Source: an uncultured Oscillospiraceae bacterium (GTDB lineage Bacteria; Bacillota; Clostridia; Christensenellales; Aristaeellaceae). Taken from it: a stretch of 64,000 nt of DNA. Under the pieces are notes generated by a model, which saw nothing but the letters and a program-made list of their open reading frames with translations, made no database searches and was not told the origin of the DNA. The stretch is from NCBI GenBank assembly GCA_964512175.1, contig CAZEIC010000001.1, positions 2,306-66,305 on the forward strand, in the 5' to 3' direction. Position numbers and translations under genes: made by a program. This document shows positions 1 to 8,269 of the stretch, in pieces; the stretch's first letter is position 1, and each line of letters opens with the position of its first letter.

Positions 1-306
1 GCCGTTGCGGAGAACAACATCGAATGGCTGCGCGATCACATCGACGACCTGCCGAAGGACGACGCGCGCGAAATCGTCGCGCAGCTGATGGACGACGGTC
101 GGTGGGAGCTTGTGGGCGAACTGTGCGAAGAACTGGACGAAAGCGTGCTGGAAGAAGCCGCCCTGCGCGCCGCGAACGCCGGCAAGTGGGCGTTCGTGGA
201 GACGGCGGCGGAGGAACTGGACGAGAAAGCGCTGCACAAGCTCATCGACATGGCACTGGCGCAGTCCAACTGGGACATGATCAACCGTTTGAGCGAACTG
301 CTGTAA
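1..306 (+). CDS. C-terminal fragment of an acidic, Leu/Glu-rich helical protein of unknown function; its start lies upstream of the window
   Basis: Frame 1 is open from base 1 (AVAENNIEWLRDHIDDLPKDD...) and continues into the listed 88..306 ORF, ending at TAA. I recognise no motif. Confidence 0.4.
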   Translation, partial: AVAENNIEWLRDHIDDLPKDDAREIVAQLMDDGRWELVGELCEELDESVLEEAALRAANAGKWAFVETAAEELDEKALHKLIDMALAQSNWDMINRLSELL

Positions 307-367
307 AACTCCCGCGTAAACAGGAATTACACGCCTCCGTCGCGAATATTGCGGCGGAGTATCTTTT

Positions 368-1369
368 ATGGGAGGGTCTATGCGCATACAACAGGACGAG
401 CTGCTCATCAGGAGCGCGGCCGCAAGCGACGCGGAGCAATTGACGGCATGGTGGAACGACGGCGCGGTCATGGCGCACGCGGGATTCCCCAACGGCCTTG
501 GGCAGTCGCGCGAAGAAACGCTGCGGCAAATCGCGCGGAACGAAGCCGGGCTTTCGCAGCGCTGCATCATCGAAATCGGCGGCGCGCTCGCGGGCGAAAT
601 GAACTACAGGCTCGCGGAGAACGAGGCTGAAATCGGCATCAAGATCTGCGAAGCGGCGTACCAAAACAGGGGCTTTGGCAGCCGGTTGCTGGCGATGCTC
701 ATCCAATTTATGTTCACCGACCGGGCGATCAACGAGCCGCAAAAGCTCGAAAAAATCTGTCTGGACACCAACCTTCGCAACGAACGCGCCCAGCACGTCT
801 ATGAAAAGCTGGGCTTTGACCGCCTGCGCGTCAACGAAAACGCATGGCGCGACCAGCTCGGCGCGTGGCAGTCCTCGGTCGATTACGAAATGACGCGCAC
901 CGCGTGGTACAAGCGCTACGTGCTCGCGCCCTACTGGTCGCGCTTTCTCGCGGCGACCGGGCGCGCGCCCGAAACCCCGTGCGCGGAGCACTACTTCTTC
1001 TGTCTGGACGCTTACTGGGCGGACGCGCTTTTGAAGCTCGTGCTCGACGGCAAAAAGCGCGCGACGACGTCGAGCGCGCGCGCTTATGAACTGGACGGCA
1101 CGCCCCTCCCGCGCCCCAGCGACCTTGCCATCATCACCGATTGGGTCGGTATCCCAGGCTGCGTCGCCGAAACGACCGCCGTCACGCGCATGCGCTTTCG
1201 CGACATGACCTTCGATATCGCCTCGCGCGAAGGCGAGGACGAGGCGCTCGACACTTGGCGCGACGGGCACATCCGCTTTTTCACCGACGAAGGCCGGGAA
1301 ATGGGCTACGCGTTTGACGAGGACATGCAGATTCTGTTTGAGGACTTCGAGGTGATCTATCGCGAATAA
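368..1369 (+). CDS. GNAT-family N-acetyltransferase fused to a C-terminal ASCH-like domain
   Basis: The N-terminal half carries the GNAT acetyl-CoA region (YQNRGFGSRLL ... ERAQHVYEKLGF). The C-terminal half begins with an ASCH-type LVLDGKKRATTS segment. The alternative start at ATG 380 lies only 2 nt after GGGAGGG (371-377), too close for that element to serve as its RBS. Confidence 0.75.
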   Translation: MGGSMRIQQDELLIRSAAASDAEQLTAWWNDGAVMAHAGFPNGLGQSREETLRQIARNEAGLSQRCIIEIGGALAGEMNYRLAENEAEIGIKICEAAYQNRGFGSRLLAMLIQFMFTDRAINEPQKLEKICLDTNLRNERAQHVYEKLGFDRLRVNENAWRDQLGAWQSSVDYEMTRTAWYKRYVLAPYWSRFLAATGRAPETPCAEHYFFCLDAYWADALLKLVLDGKKRATTSSARAYELDGTPLPRPSDLAIITDWVGIPGCVAETTAVTRMRFRDMTFDIASREGEDEALDTWRDGHIRFFTDEGREMGYAFDEDMQILFEDFEVIYRE

Positions 1370-1373
1370 CAAA

Positions 1374-1399
1374 ACCGCCCCCTATGCCGGGAGCGGAAT
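1374..1399 (-). terminator. Putative intrinsic terminator downstream of tRNA-Thr
   Basis: The minus-strand transcript forms the hairpin CCGCUCCCGG-CAUA-GGGGGCGG followed by UUUUG, directly after the tRNA 3' end. Confidence 0.5.
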
Positions 1400-1475
1400 T
1401 GGAGCTGATGACCAGAGTCGAACTGGTGACCTCATCCTTACCAAGGATGTGCTCTACCTACTGAGCTACATCAGC
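1400..1475 (-). tRNA. tRNA-Thr, anticodon GGU, with encoded CCA
   Basis: The reverse complement reads GCTGATGTAGCTCAGTAGGTAGAGCACATCCTTGGTAAGGATGAGGTCACCAGTTCGACTCTGGTCATCAGCTCCA. It has a 7-bp acceptor stem, a D arm, an anticodon stem CATCC/GGATG with loop TTGGTAA (GGT), a GGTTCGA-type T arm (AGTTCGACT) and a 3' CCA. Confidence 0.93.
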
Positions 1476-1490
1476 AAAAGCAACGGTGCT

Positions 1491-1519
1491 ATCATAGCAG
1501 AAAACAGCGGCAAATGCAA
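1491..1519 (-). promoter_or_regulatory. Sigma-70-type promoter for tRNA-Thr
   Basis: On the minus strand, TTGCAT (1519-1514), a 17-nt spacer and TATGAT (1496-1491) lie about 15 nt upstream of the mature tRNA 5' end. An AT-rich palindrome sits just upstream at 1524-1540. Confidence 0.6.
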
Positions 1520-1559
1520 GCGGAAATTTTGACAAAATTTGCAATGCGCAGCGAGGAAC

Positions 1560-1708
1560 GGGGAGGGAATAAGGGATGAGGGAATAGGGACGAGGGATTA
1601 GGGATTAGGAGAACCGAGGAAGAGGGCGCGGTGTACTCGCGTCGTATCTTAATCACGCCCCCTACTCCCTATTCCCTACTCCCTTATCCCTTCTCCCTCG
1701 TCTCCCCT
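1560..1708. repeat. Imperfect inverted repeat of 7-nt-periodic G3N4 tracts (arm 1560-1611) and C3N4 tracts (arm 1658-1708) around a roughly 46-nt spacer
   Basis: Arm 1 is GGGGAGGGAATAAGGGATGAGGGAATAGGGACGAGGGATTAGGGATTAGGAG. Arm 2 is CCCCCTACTCCCTATTCCCTACTCCCTTATCCCTTCTCCCTCGTCTCCCCT. The G3 and C3 blocks stay in register, and roughly 5-6 of every 7 positions are complementary. Confidence 0.8.
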
Positions 1709-1713
1709 ATCGC

Positions 1714-2574
1714 CTACGCGTCGTTCCGCACGCATTTCCTCAAATACTCATATCCCGAGCGCAGCGCGGGCAGGCATTCCTCCATACCCTCGAACTCGAG
1801 CGACACGAAGCCGTCATAGCCGTTGGCTTGGAGATAATCAAGGCACCACTTGACGGGCACAGCGCCGTGTCCGACGACCGTGCCGCGCAGCGGCGCGCCG
1901 CCGCGCGACAGCATCCAGCCCGAACCGGGCGCTTCCTCGCCGCAGGGCTTCACGATGAAATCCTTGGCGTGGACATGGAAGGCATACGGCACGGCGATGG
2001 GCAGCGCGTGATACGCCGGCTCGTCGGCGCACAGGAAGTTACCGATATCGACCAGCCAGCCGTAGTTGGGGTGCGCGACCGCCTGCATCAGCGCCTCCAT
2101 GCGGTTGGCGTCCTGCATCATGTAACCGTGGTTTTCGGTGCAGGTCTTGATGCCGAGCGCCGCCGCATACTCCGTGACCTCGCGGATGGGGCGCTTGACC
2201 TGCTCGATGAAGCCCTGCCACGTCTCGCCCTCGGGGAGCTTTGTCCACGTCGTGTCGTGGCGCATCACCGGCGCGCCCAGCGCCTTGGCGATATCGACCT
2301 GCCCCTTGACGCGCGCGATTTCGCTTTCGCCGCGCGCAAGGAAGTCCGCGCCGACCGTGTACGCGATGATCGGCAGCCCGATCTCCGCGCAATGCGCCCT
2401 GATCGCCTCCGCGAGCGCGAGCAGGCTATCCGCCTTCTGCACGTCAAGCGAAAGGTCGATAAACTCGATGCCCTCGAAGCCGATTTCCTTGGCAAAGTCG
2501 CAGACGTCAAAATAGTTCGCGCCCGTCTGTTGGATGTGCTTCATGAAGCTGTAGCTCGATACGCCGATTTTCAT
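1714..2574 (-). CDS. Sugar phosphate isomerase/epimerase (xylose-isomerase-like TIM barrel, AP_endonuc_2 family)
   Basis: The 286-aa ORF has the typical layout: MKIGVSSYSF..., ENH in the middle, HVHAKD and a SLEFEG C-terminal metal-ligand region. Confidence 0.85.
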   Translation of the reverse strand: MKIGVSSYSFMKHIQQTGANYFDVCDFAKEIGFEGIEFIDLSLDVQKADSLLALAEAIRAHCAEIGLPIIAYTVGADFLARGESEIARVKGQVDIAKALGAPVMRHDTTWTKLPEGETWQGFIEQVKRPIREVTEYAAALGIKTCTENHGYMMQDANRMEALMQAVAHPNYGWLVDIGNFLCADEPAYHALPIAVPYAFHVHAKDFIVKPCGEEAPGSGWMLSRGGAPLRGTVVGHGAVPVKWCLDYLQANGYDGFVSLEFEGMEECLPALRSGYEYLRKCVRNDA

Positions 2575-2589
2575 GCGTGATTTCCTCCT

Positions 2590-3432
2590 TTAGAATAGGT
2601 TTTTGAGGAACGACACCGCCGTGCGGATATCCGCCGCCGGGTCGCCGCCGACCTCGCGCTCGATCGTCAGGAAGCCCGTATAGCCGATCTCGCGCAGCGC
2701 ATCCAGATAGCGCGCGAACGGCACGTCGCCCTCGCCGAGCGCGACCTCGATGAACGAAGCGTCCGTCACGGCGGACGGGTCTTCCGATATGCCGTAGATG
2801 ATTTCGGGGTTCTGGTCAAAGAGCTTGCGGCCGTCCTTGGCGTGCGTGTGCACGATGTAGTCTTTGAGCGTGTGCACGGCGGCGACCGGGTCGTCGCCCG
2901 TGACCATGACAAGGTTCGCCGGGTCAAGGTTGACCGCCACGCCGCGCGAATGCAGGGTGTCAAGGAAGGAGCGCAGCGTGTTCGCCGTTTCGGGGCCTGT
3001 CTCGACAGCGAAATGCGCGCCGAGGGAGTCCGCGTATTCCGCGAGCTGCCCGCAGGCGTCCTGCATGACGGCAAAGCGCGGATGCTGATGGTCGCTTGGC
3101 ACGACGCCGATGTGCGTCGTCACGATGTCTGTGCCGAAATCCTTGGCGAGGTCGAGGATACGCTTGGATTTCTCGATGAGCGCCGGGTTCTTGGCGGCGT
3201 CGCCAAAGCCCATGCCCAAATCACCGCACAGCGCGGAGATGCAAAGCCCCTCGCCCTTCACCAGCCGCATGCACTCGCGCCGCTTCTCGGGCGAGAGCGC
3301 CTCGGGCGTCATGTCGCCGCGCGTGACGTACACCTGCACGCCCTCGATGCCGAGCGCCGCCGTCGCCTTCAGCGCCTCCGGGAACGGCAGCCGAAAGGAT
3401 TCGAGCACCACCCCAATGGGAAATTTTGACAT
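2590..3432 (-). CDS. Sugar phosphate isomerase/epimerase (xylose-isomerase-like TIM barrel), paralogous to the neighbouring gene
   Basis: Motifs include AVETG, NLDPANL, HTHAKD and TIEREV. I place the start at MSKF (ATG 3432) because GGAGGA lies 5 nt upstream. The listed ORF extends 4 codons further. Confidence 0.85.
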   Translation of the reverse strand: MSKFPIGVVLESFRLPFPEALKATAALGIEGVQVYVTRGDMTPEALSPEKRRECMRLVKGEGLCISALCGDLGMGFGDAAKNPALIEKSKRILDLAKDFGTDIVTTHIGVVPSDHQHPRFAVMQDACGQLAEYADSLGAHFAVETGPETANTLRSFLDTLHSRGVAVNLDPANLVMVTGDDPVAAVHTLKDYIVHTHAKDGRKLFDQNPEIIYGISEDPSAVTDASFIEVALGEGDVPFARYLDALREIGYTGFLTIEREVGGDPAADIRTAVSFLKNLF

Positions 3433-3517
3433 ATGTTCCTCCATCCGCCGGCGCGCGCGCCGGGCATTTATTCACGCATATCAGTATACTGTATTTTGGC
3501 AAAAAGGCAAGTCCATG

Positions 3518-3546
3518 TTGACAAACGCCGAGCATTCGCGGATAAT
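3518..3546 (+). promoter_or_regulatory. Sigma-70-type promoter in the divergent intergenic region
   Basis: TTGACA (3518-3523), a 17-nt spacer and GATAAT (3541-3546) lie just upstream of the mannitol-dehydrogenase-family ORF. Confidence 0.55.
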
Positions 3547-3560
3547 AAACAGCAGTAGAC

Positions 3561-5228
3561 ATGACAGCGCTTCCACGGCACGAAAGGATGGGATGTACAT
3601 TGCATTTAAGTAACGCCGCGCTCAAAAACGCGGAGACTTGGCAAAAAGCGGGCATCGCGCTGCCCGCGTTCGATATCGCGAAGATGCGCGAAAAAACGGA
3701 CGGCGCACCGCAATGGATACACTTCGGCGCGGGCAACATCTTCCGCGCGTTTCCCGCCGCCGCCATGCAAAGGCTGCTGGACGCGGGGCTTGCAGACACG
3801 GGCATCATCGCGTGCGAGGCGTTCGACGGCGATATCATCACCAAGGCGTATGCGCCGTTTGATTCGCTGTCGCTGCTGTGCGTGCTCAAGGCGGACGGCA
3901 CGGTGGAAAACCGCGTCATCGCCTCGGTCGCGCGGGCGCTGCGCGTGGACGGCGCGTGCGAGGCGGACAGGAAAGCGCTGCTGGCAATGCTCGCCATGCC
4001 GTCCCTGCAAATGGTCTCGTTCACCATCACCGAAAAGGGCTACGCCGTGCGCGGCGCGGACGGACAGGCGCTCGCGCACATCCAGAAAGATATCGATAAC
4101 AAGCCCGAGAACGCCGCCTCCGCGCTGGGGCTGGCGTGCGCGGGGCTGCACGCGCGGTATCTCGCGGGCGGCGCGCCCGTGGCGCTGGTGAGCATGGACA
4201 ACTGCTCGCACAACGGCGACAAGCTGCGCGAGGGCGCGTTGTTCATCGCCGAGGGTTGGCGCGCGCGCGGGCATGTCGATGCGGGATTCGTCGCGTGGTT
4301 GTCGAATCGTAAGAACGTGTCCTTCCCGCTGACGATGATCGACAAGATCACGCCGCGCCCCGATGAAAAGGTGGCGGCGCTGCTTGCCTCGCTCGGCTTC
4401 GAGGACGCGGGCGTGATCGTGACCGACAAGGGCACATACACCGCCGCGTTCGTCAACGCCGAAGAAACGGAGTATCTCGTCGTGGAGGACGATTTCCCGA
4501 ACGGTCGCCCGCCGCTGGAAAAAGCGGGCTTCGTGATGACCGACCGGGGCACGGTCGACCGCGTCGAGCGCATGAAGGTGTGCACCTGCCTCAACCCGCT
4601 GCACACGGCGCTGGCGGTGCTCGGCTGCCTGCTGGGGTATGACAAAATCTTCCAAGAGATGCGTGACCCCGACCTTGCGGCGCTCGTGCGCGCGCTCGCT
4701 TTCCGCGAGGGCATGCCGGTCGTGACCGACCCGGGCGTGATTTCGCCCGAAACCTTCGCGCGCGAGGTCATCGAGAAGCGCTTCTCCAACCCGTTCATGC
4801 CCGACACGCCGCAGCGCATCGCGACGGACACCTCGCAAAAGCTACCCATCCGTTTTGGCGAGACCGTCAAGGCGTATATCGCGTCGGACACGCTGGATGT
4901 AGCTTCGCTGCGGTGCGTGCCGTTTGTGTACGCGGCGTGGCTGCGCTACCTGCTTGGCATCAGCGACGAGCTTACGCCGTTTGCCGTCAGCCCCGACCCG
5001 CGCCTTGCGGAGATGCAGGCGTTGCTCTCGGACGTGCGCGTCGGCGACGGCAGAGATTATACGGACGTTATCGCGCCCATCCTGCGCAGGGCGGAATTGT
5101 TCGGCGTGGACATATGCGAAACGGGGCTGGCGGACAAAGTGACCCGTTCTTTCCATGAAATGCTCAAAGGGCGCGGCGCTGTGCGGCGCGCGCTGCACGA
5201 ATTGATACGGGAGGGTGAAAACGCATGA
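3561..5228 (+). CDS. Long-form mannitol dehydrogenase family oxidoreductase (UxaB/UxuB/YeiQ-like)
   Basis: The N-terminal Rossmann segment WIHFGAGNIFRAF matches the family signature (compare QFGEGNFLRAF in altronate oxidoreductases). The ORF is 555 aa. The start is uncertain because the promoter -10 ends only 14 nt before ATG 3561; in-frame ATG 3588 and TTG 3600 are alternatives. Confidence 0.8.
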   Translation: MTALPRHERMGCTLHLSNAALKNAETWQKAGIALPAFDIAKMREKTDGAPQWIHFGAGNIFRAFPAAAMQRLLDAGLADTGIIACEAFDGDIITKAYAPFDSLSLLCVLKADGTVENRVIASVARALRVDGACEADRKALLAMLAMPSLQMVSFTITEKGYAVRGADGQALAHIQKDIDNKPENAASALGLACAGLHARYLAGGAPVALVSMDNCSHNGDKLREGALFIAEGWRARGHVDAGFVAWLSNRKNVSFPLTMIDKITPRPDEKVAALLASLGFEDAGVIVTDKGTYTAAFVNAEETEYLVVEDDFPNGRPPLEKAGFVMTDRGTVDRVERMKVCTCLNPLHTALAVLGCLLGYDKIFQEMRDPDLAALVRALAFREGMPVVTDPGVISPETFAREVIEKRFSNPFMPDTPQRIATDTSQKLPIRFGETVKAYIASDTLDVASLRCVPFVYAAWLRYLLGISDELTPFAVSPDPRLAEMQALLSDVRVGDGRDYTDVIAPILRRAELFGVDICETGLADKVTRSFHEMLKGRGAVRRALHELIREGENA

Positions 5229-6364
5229 AGTACAGGGCGCTTGGCAAGACGGGCGCGCAGGTCAGCGAGATCGGGCTGGGCTGCGAGCATTTGCAGGGCA
5301 AGGACGCGGGCTTGATATCCGACGTGATCAACGCCGCGGTGGACGCGGGCGTGAACATCATGGACGTGTTCATGGGCGAGCCCGAAGTCAGGACGAACAT
5401 CGGCAAAGCGCTCGGCGCGCGCAGGAAGCAGGTGCTTTTGCAGGCGCATTTCGGCGCGATCATGGAGAACGGGCAGTACCAGCGCACGCGCGATTTGGCG
5501 CTCGGCAAGCGCTTCTTCGAGGACTTCATGGAGCGCTTCCAGACCGATTATGTCGACATCGGCATGCTGCACTTCGTGGACGACGAGCAGGATCTCAAGA
5601 CGGTGCTCGAGGGCGGCATCTACGACTATCTGCTGTCTTTGAAGGAAAAGGGCGTCGTCAAATACATCGGCATGAGCTCGCACAACCCGCTTGTCGCGCT
5701 CAAAGCCGTGCCCTATCTCGACGTTTTGATGTTCTCGGTCAACCCGGCGTATGACCTTCTGCCCGAGGACACGGTCATTGACAACCTGTTCCAAGGCGAA
5801 ACGTATCAAAACCAAACCCTGCTGGGCATGAACCCTGTGCGCGAGCGCCTGTATAACGCCTGCGCCGAGCGCGGCGTTGCCATCACGGTCATGAAGGCGC
5901 TGGGCGGCAGCATGCTGCTCTACGACAAGGCCTCGCCCTTCGGCATGGCGATGACGCCGCATCAGGCGGCGCAGTACGCGCTGGAACGCCCGGCGGTCGC
6001 GAGCGTGCTGCTCGGCTGCCAGACGGTGGAACAGGTGCTGGAGAACACGCGCGAAGTTTCACCGGAGGAACTTGATTACTCCGCCATCCTCGGCGCGAGC
6101 AGGCAATACGCCGCGACCGGGCGCTGCATGTACTGTAACCATTGTCTGCCGTGCCCGCAAAGAATCGACATCGCGCAGGTCAACAAATACTACGATATCG
6201 CCAAGCACGCCGAAGCCGTGCCCGAAACGGTGCGCGAGCATTACAAGGCGCTCGAAAGCCACGCGGGCGACTGTATCGCCTGCGGCGCGTGCGAATCGCG
6301 CTGCCCGTTCAAAGTGCCCGTCATCGAGCGTATGGAGGCGGCGAAAGCGTTATTCGGTATCTGA
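5225..6364 (+). CDS. Aldo/keto reductase with a C-terminal 4Fe-4S ferredoxin-like extension
   Basis: The AKR core (GLGCEHL..., YVDIGMLHF) is followed by CNHCLPCP and CIACGACESRCP cysteine clusters. The ATGA start overlaps the upstream stop. Confidence 0.85.
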   Translation: MKYRALGKTGAQVSEIGLGCEHLQGKDAGLISDVINAAVDAGVNIMDVFMGEPEVRTNIGKALGARRKQVLLQAHFGAIMENGQYQRTRDLALGKRFFEDFMERFQTDYVDIGMLHFVDDEQDLKTVLEGGIYDYLLSLKEKGVVKYIGMSSHNPLVALKAVPYLDVLMFSVNPAYDLLPEDTVIDNLFQGETYQNQTLLGMNPVRERLYNACAERGVAITVMKALGGSMLLYDKASPFGMAMTPHQAAQYALERPAVASVLLGCQTVEQVLENTREVSPEELDYSAILGASRQYAATGRCMYCNHCLPCPQRIDIAQVNKYYDIAKHAEAVPETVREHYKALESHAGDCIACGACESRCPFKVPVIERMEAAKALFGI

Positions 6365-7051
6365 CGGCAAAAGCGCGGACAGCATATCGCGCGTGTAGGT
6401 GAAATAGAGCGCATCCTCGCACAGCAGCCCGGGCTGGATATAAAACACCGCGTTCGCGTTTTCGTCGGCGTAGAAGTCCTGCTCGGGGAAAAAGTCGAGC
6501 GCCAGCGCCTCGGGCGACCAGCCCTCGCGCAAGCCCTCCATGGCAAGGAGGGCTTTTTCAATGTCGGCAAGCACGAGCGCGGCAAGCTGCACCGAGCTTT
6601 CCCCCACCATCACAAGCCCGCGCAGCGTCAGCGTTTCGCCCTCATATTCGCCCGACGCGGCGAACACCTGCGAGCGCAACGTCGTTTGCTCGCGCCCGTC
6701 CACCGTCTGCGTCTGCCGCATGAGCACGCCGAAATAATCGTCGGTATCGCAGGTCACTTTGCAGATTTGCGACACCTGCTGCACGTCCTCGCCCGTCATA
6801 TCCGTCTCATTGGCGTACATTGGCAGCACGAGGTCGGTCATTTCGCTGAGCGCGACCTGATAATAATCGTTGACCCCGGCGGCAAACTGCGTATCGCCCT
6901 CAACGAACGGATAGCGGTAGATAAACCGATAGGTGGCGCTTTGCGCATCCGGATAAAACAGCTCGCCCTCGAGCCACGTAACGTCGCTCGCGGCAAGCGC
7001 GCAGACGGGCAGCAGCGCCGCGACAAGCATCAGACAAAGGAATCTTTTCAT
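6350..7051 (-). CDS. Secreted protein, DUF3298/DUF4163-like (RsiV/PdaC-type extracytoplasmic fold)
   Basis: The signal peptide is MKRFLCLMLVAALLPVCALAAS. The YRFIYRYPFVEG...GVNDYY segment is reminiscent of DUF4163. The family assignment is from memory only. Confidence 0.5.
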   Translation of the reverse strand: MKRFLCLMLVAALLPVCALAASDVTWLEGELFYPDAQSATYRFIYRYPFVEGDTQFAAGVNDYYQVALSEMTDLVLPMYANETDMTGEDVQQVSQICKVTCDTDDYFGVLMRQTQTVDGREQTTLRSQVFAASGEYEGETLTLRGLVMVGESSVQLAALVLADIEKALLAMEGLREGWSPEALALDFFPEQDFYADENANAVFYIQPGLLCEDALYFTYTRDMLSALLPSDTE

Positions 7052-7155
7052 GCGCACCTCGCTTTGTGAGCGTATTGACAAAATCCATCATACACCTTCG
7101 CGCGCGTATTGTCAAAATCCGCCGCGCATTGTATACTGATGAGCGAGGTGAGGAC

Positions 7156-7797
7156 ATGGGCATGGACGCGGCGCTGTTTGACATGGACGGGTTACTGCTG
7201 GACACCGAGCGTTTGGGCGTTTTGATGTGCAAGCGCGCGGGCGCGGCGTTCGGCTGCGAGCTATCGGAAGCGTTGATTTTGCGCACGCTCGGCACGACGG
7301 GCGCGCTTTGCAAAGAAATTTATCACACGGAGCATCCCGAGCTGCCGTTTGCCGAGTATTCGACGCTTTTTCGCGAACTGATGCTCGCCGAGATGGAGCA
7401 AAACGGCGTGCCCGTCAAGCCCGGCGCGCGCGAGCTGCTCGCGTCGCTTCAGGAAAAGGGCATCCCGCGCGCCGTGGTGTCCTCCTCCGGGGAATCCGCC
7501 GTGCGCAAGTATCTGGCGCTCGCGGGGCTGCTCGATTGCTTTGATTTGCTCGTCTGCGGGCGCGCCGACGTGCCCTCCAAGCCCGCGCCCGATATGTACC
7601 TGCGCGCGGCGCGGGACATCGGCGTGCCGCCCGAGCGCTGCCTTGTTCTGGAAGATTCTCCCAATGGTCTGCGTTCCGGGCGCGCGGCGGGCTGCGTGGT
7701 CTGCATGGTGCCCGATTTGATTCCGTATACCGAAGCGCTCGCGCCCTACTGCGATCACGTCGTGCCCTCGCTCATAGACGTGATCGCGCTGCTGTGA
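7156..7797 (+). CDS. HAD-superfamily hydrolase (beta-phosphoglucomutase-like subfamily IA)
   Basis: Motif I is FDMDGLLLDTE, and LEDSPNG lies in the motif IV region. The start at ATG 7156 is preceded by GAGGTGAGGA. Confidence 0.85.
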   Translation: MGMDAALFDMDGLLLDTERLGVLMCKRAGAAFGCELSEALILRTLGTTGALCKEIYHTEHPELPFAEYSTLFRELMLAEMEQNGVPVKPGARELLASLQEKGIPRAVVSSSGESAVRKYLALAGLLDCFDLLVCGRADVPSKPAPDMYLRAARDIGVPPERCLVLEDSPNGLRSGRAAGCVVCMVPDLIPYTEALAPYCDHVVPSLIDVIALL

Positions 7798-8258
7798 TCG
7801 CCGTCGCCTGCGTGGGGCGGCTGCGCGGCGCGTACCGCGAAGCGGCGGACGAATACGTCAAGCGGCTTTCGCGCTATACGAAGCTGGACGTTCTCGAAGT
7901 GCCCGACCAGCCCGAGCGCGACGGCGACGCGGAAAACGCGCAGGTCATGCGCAAGGAAGGCGAAGCGCTGCTTTCGCGCGTCAAGCCCGGCGACCGCGTG
8001 ATCGCGCTGTGCGTGGACGCCAAGCAACGATCGAGCGAGGAACTCGCGGCGCGCGTCAAGGCGGCGGACGAGCGCGCCCAGCGGCTGGTGTTCGTCGTCG
8101 GCGGCTCGCTGGGGCTGTCCCCCGCCGTGCTCGCGCGCGCCGACGAAACGCTGTCGATGTCGCGCATGACCTTCCCGCACCAGCTCGCGCGCGTGATGCT
8201 GCTGGAGCAGTTATACAGAGCCTGCAAAATCAACGCGGGCGAGAGATACCACAAATAA
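7794..8258 (+). CDS. rlmH: 23S rRNA (pseudouridine1915-N3)-methyltransferase RlmH
   Basis: This is a roughly 154-aa SPOUT protein containing YVKRL...LDVLEVPD...VFVVGGSLGLS...LSMSRMTFPHQLARVML. The GTG start overlaps the upstream TGA. Confidence 0.9.
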   Translation: MIAVACVGRLRGAYREAADEYVKRLSRYTKLDVLEVPDQPERDGDAENAQVMRKEGEALLSRVKPGDRVIALCVDAKQRSSEELAARVKAADERAQRLVFVVGGSLGLSPAVLARADETLSMSRMTFPHQLARVMLLEQLYRACKINAGERYHK

Positions 8259-8269
8259 GGAGCGCCCGC

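Noticed and set aside
1631-1819. A 62-aa ORF over the C-rich repeat arm
   Set aside because: Its sequence (PPTPYSLLPYPFSLVSP...) is simply the translation of the C3N4 repeat, and it overlaps the 3' end of the isomerase gene on the other strand.
8009-8269. Long N-terminal extensions on many listed ORFs: 8009 for recF, 8887 for the HAD gene, 9417 for the sigma factor, 10400 for the anti-sigma, 28198 for the pseudouridine synthase, 32672 for manA, 40634-41128 for hslV, 46475-46669 for dprA and 20180-20356 for the RCC1 protein
   Set aside because: The extensions overlap the preceding genes, are Arg-rich and lack RBSs. Internal starts with RBSs and family-typical N-termini are available in every case.
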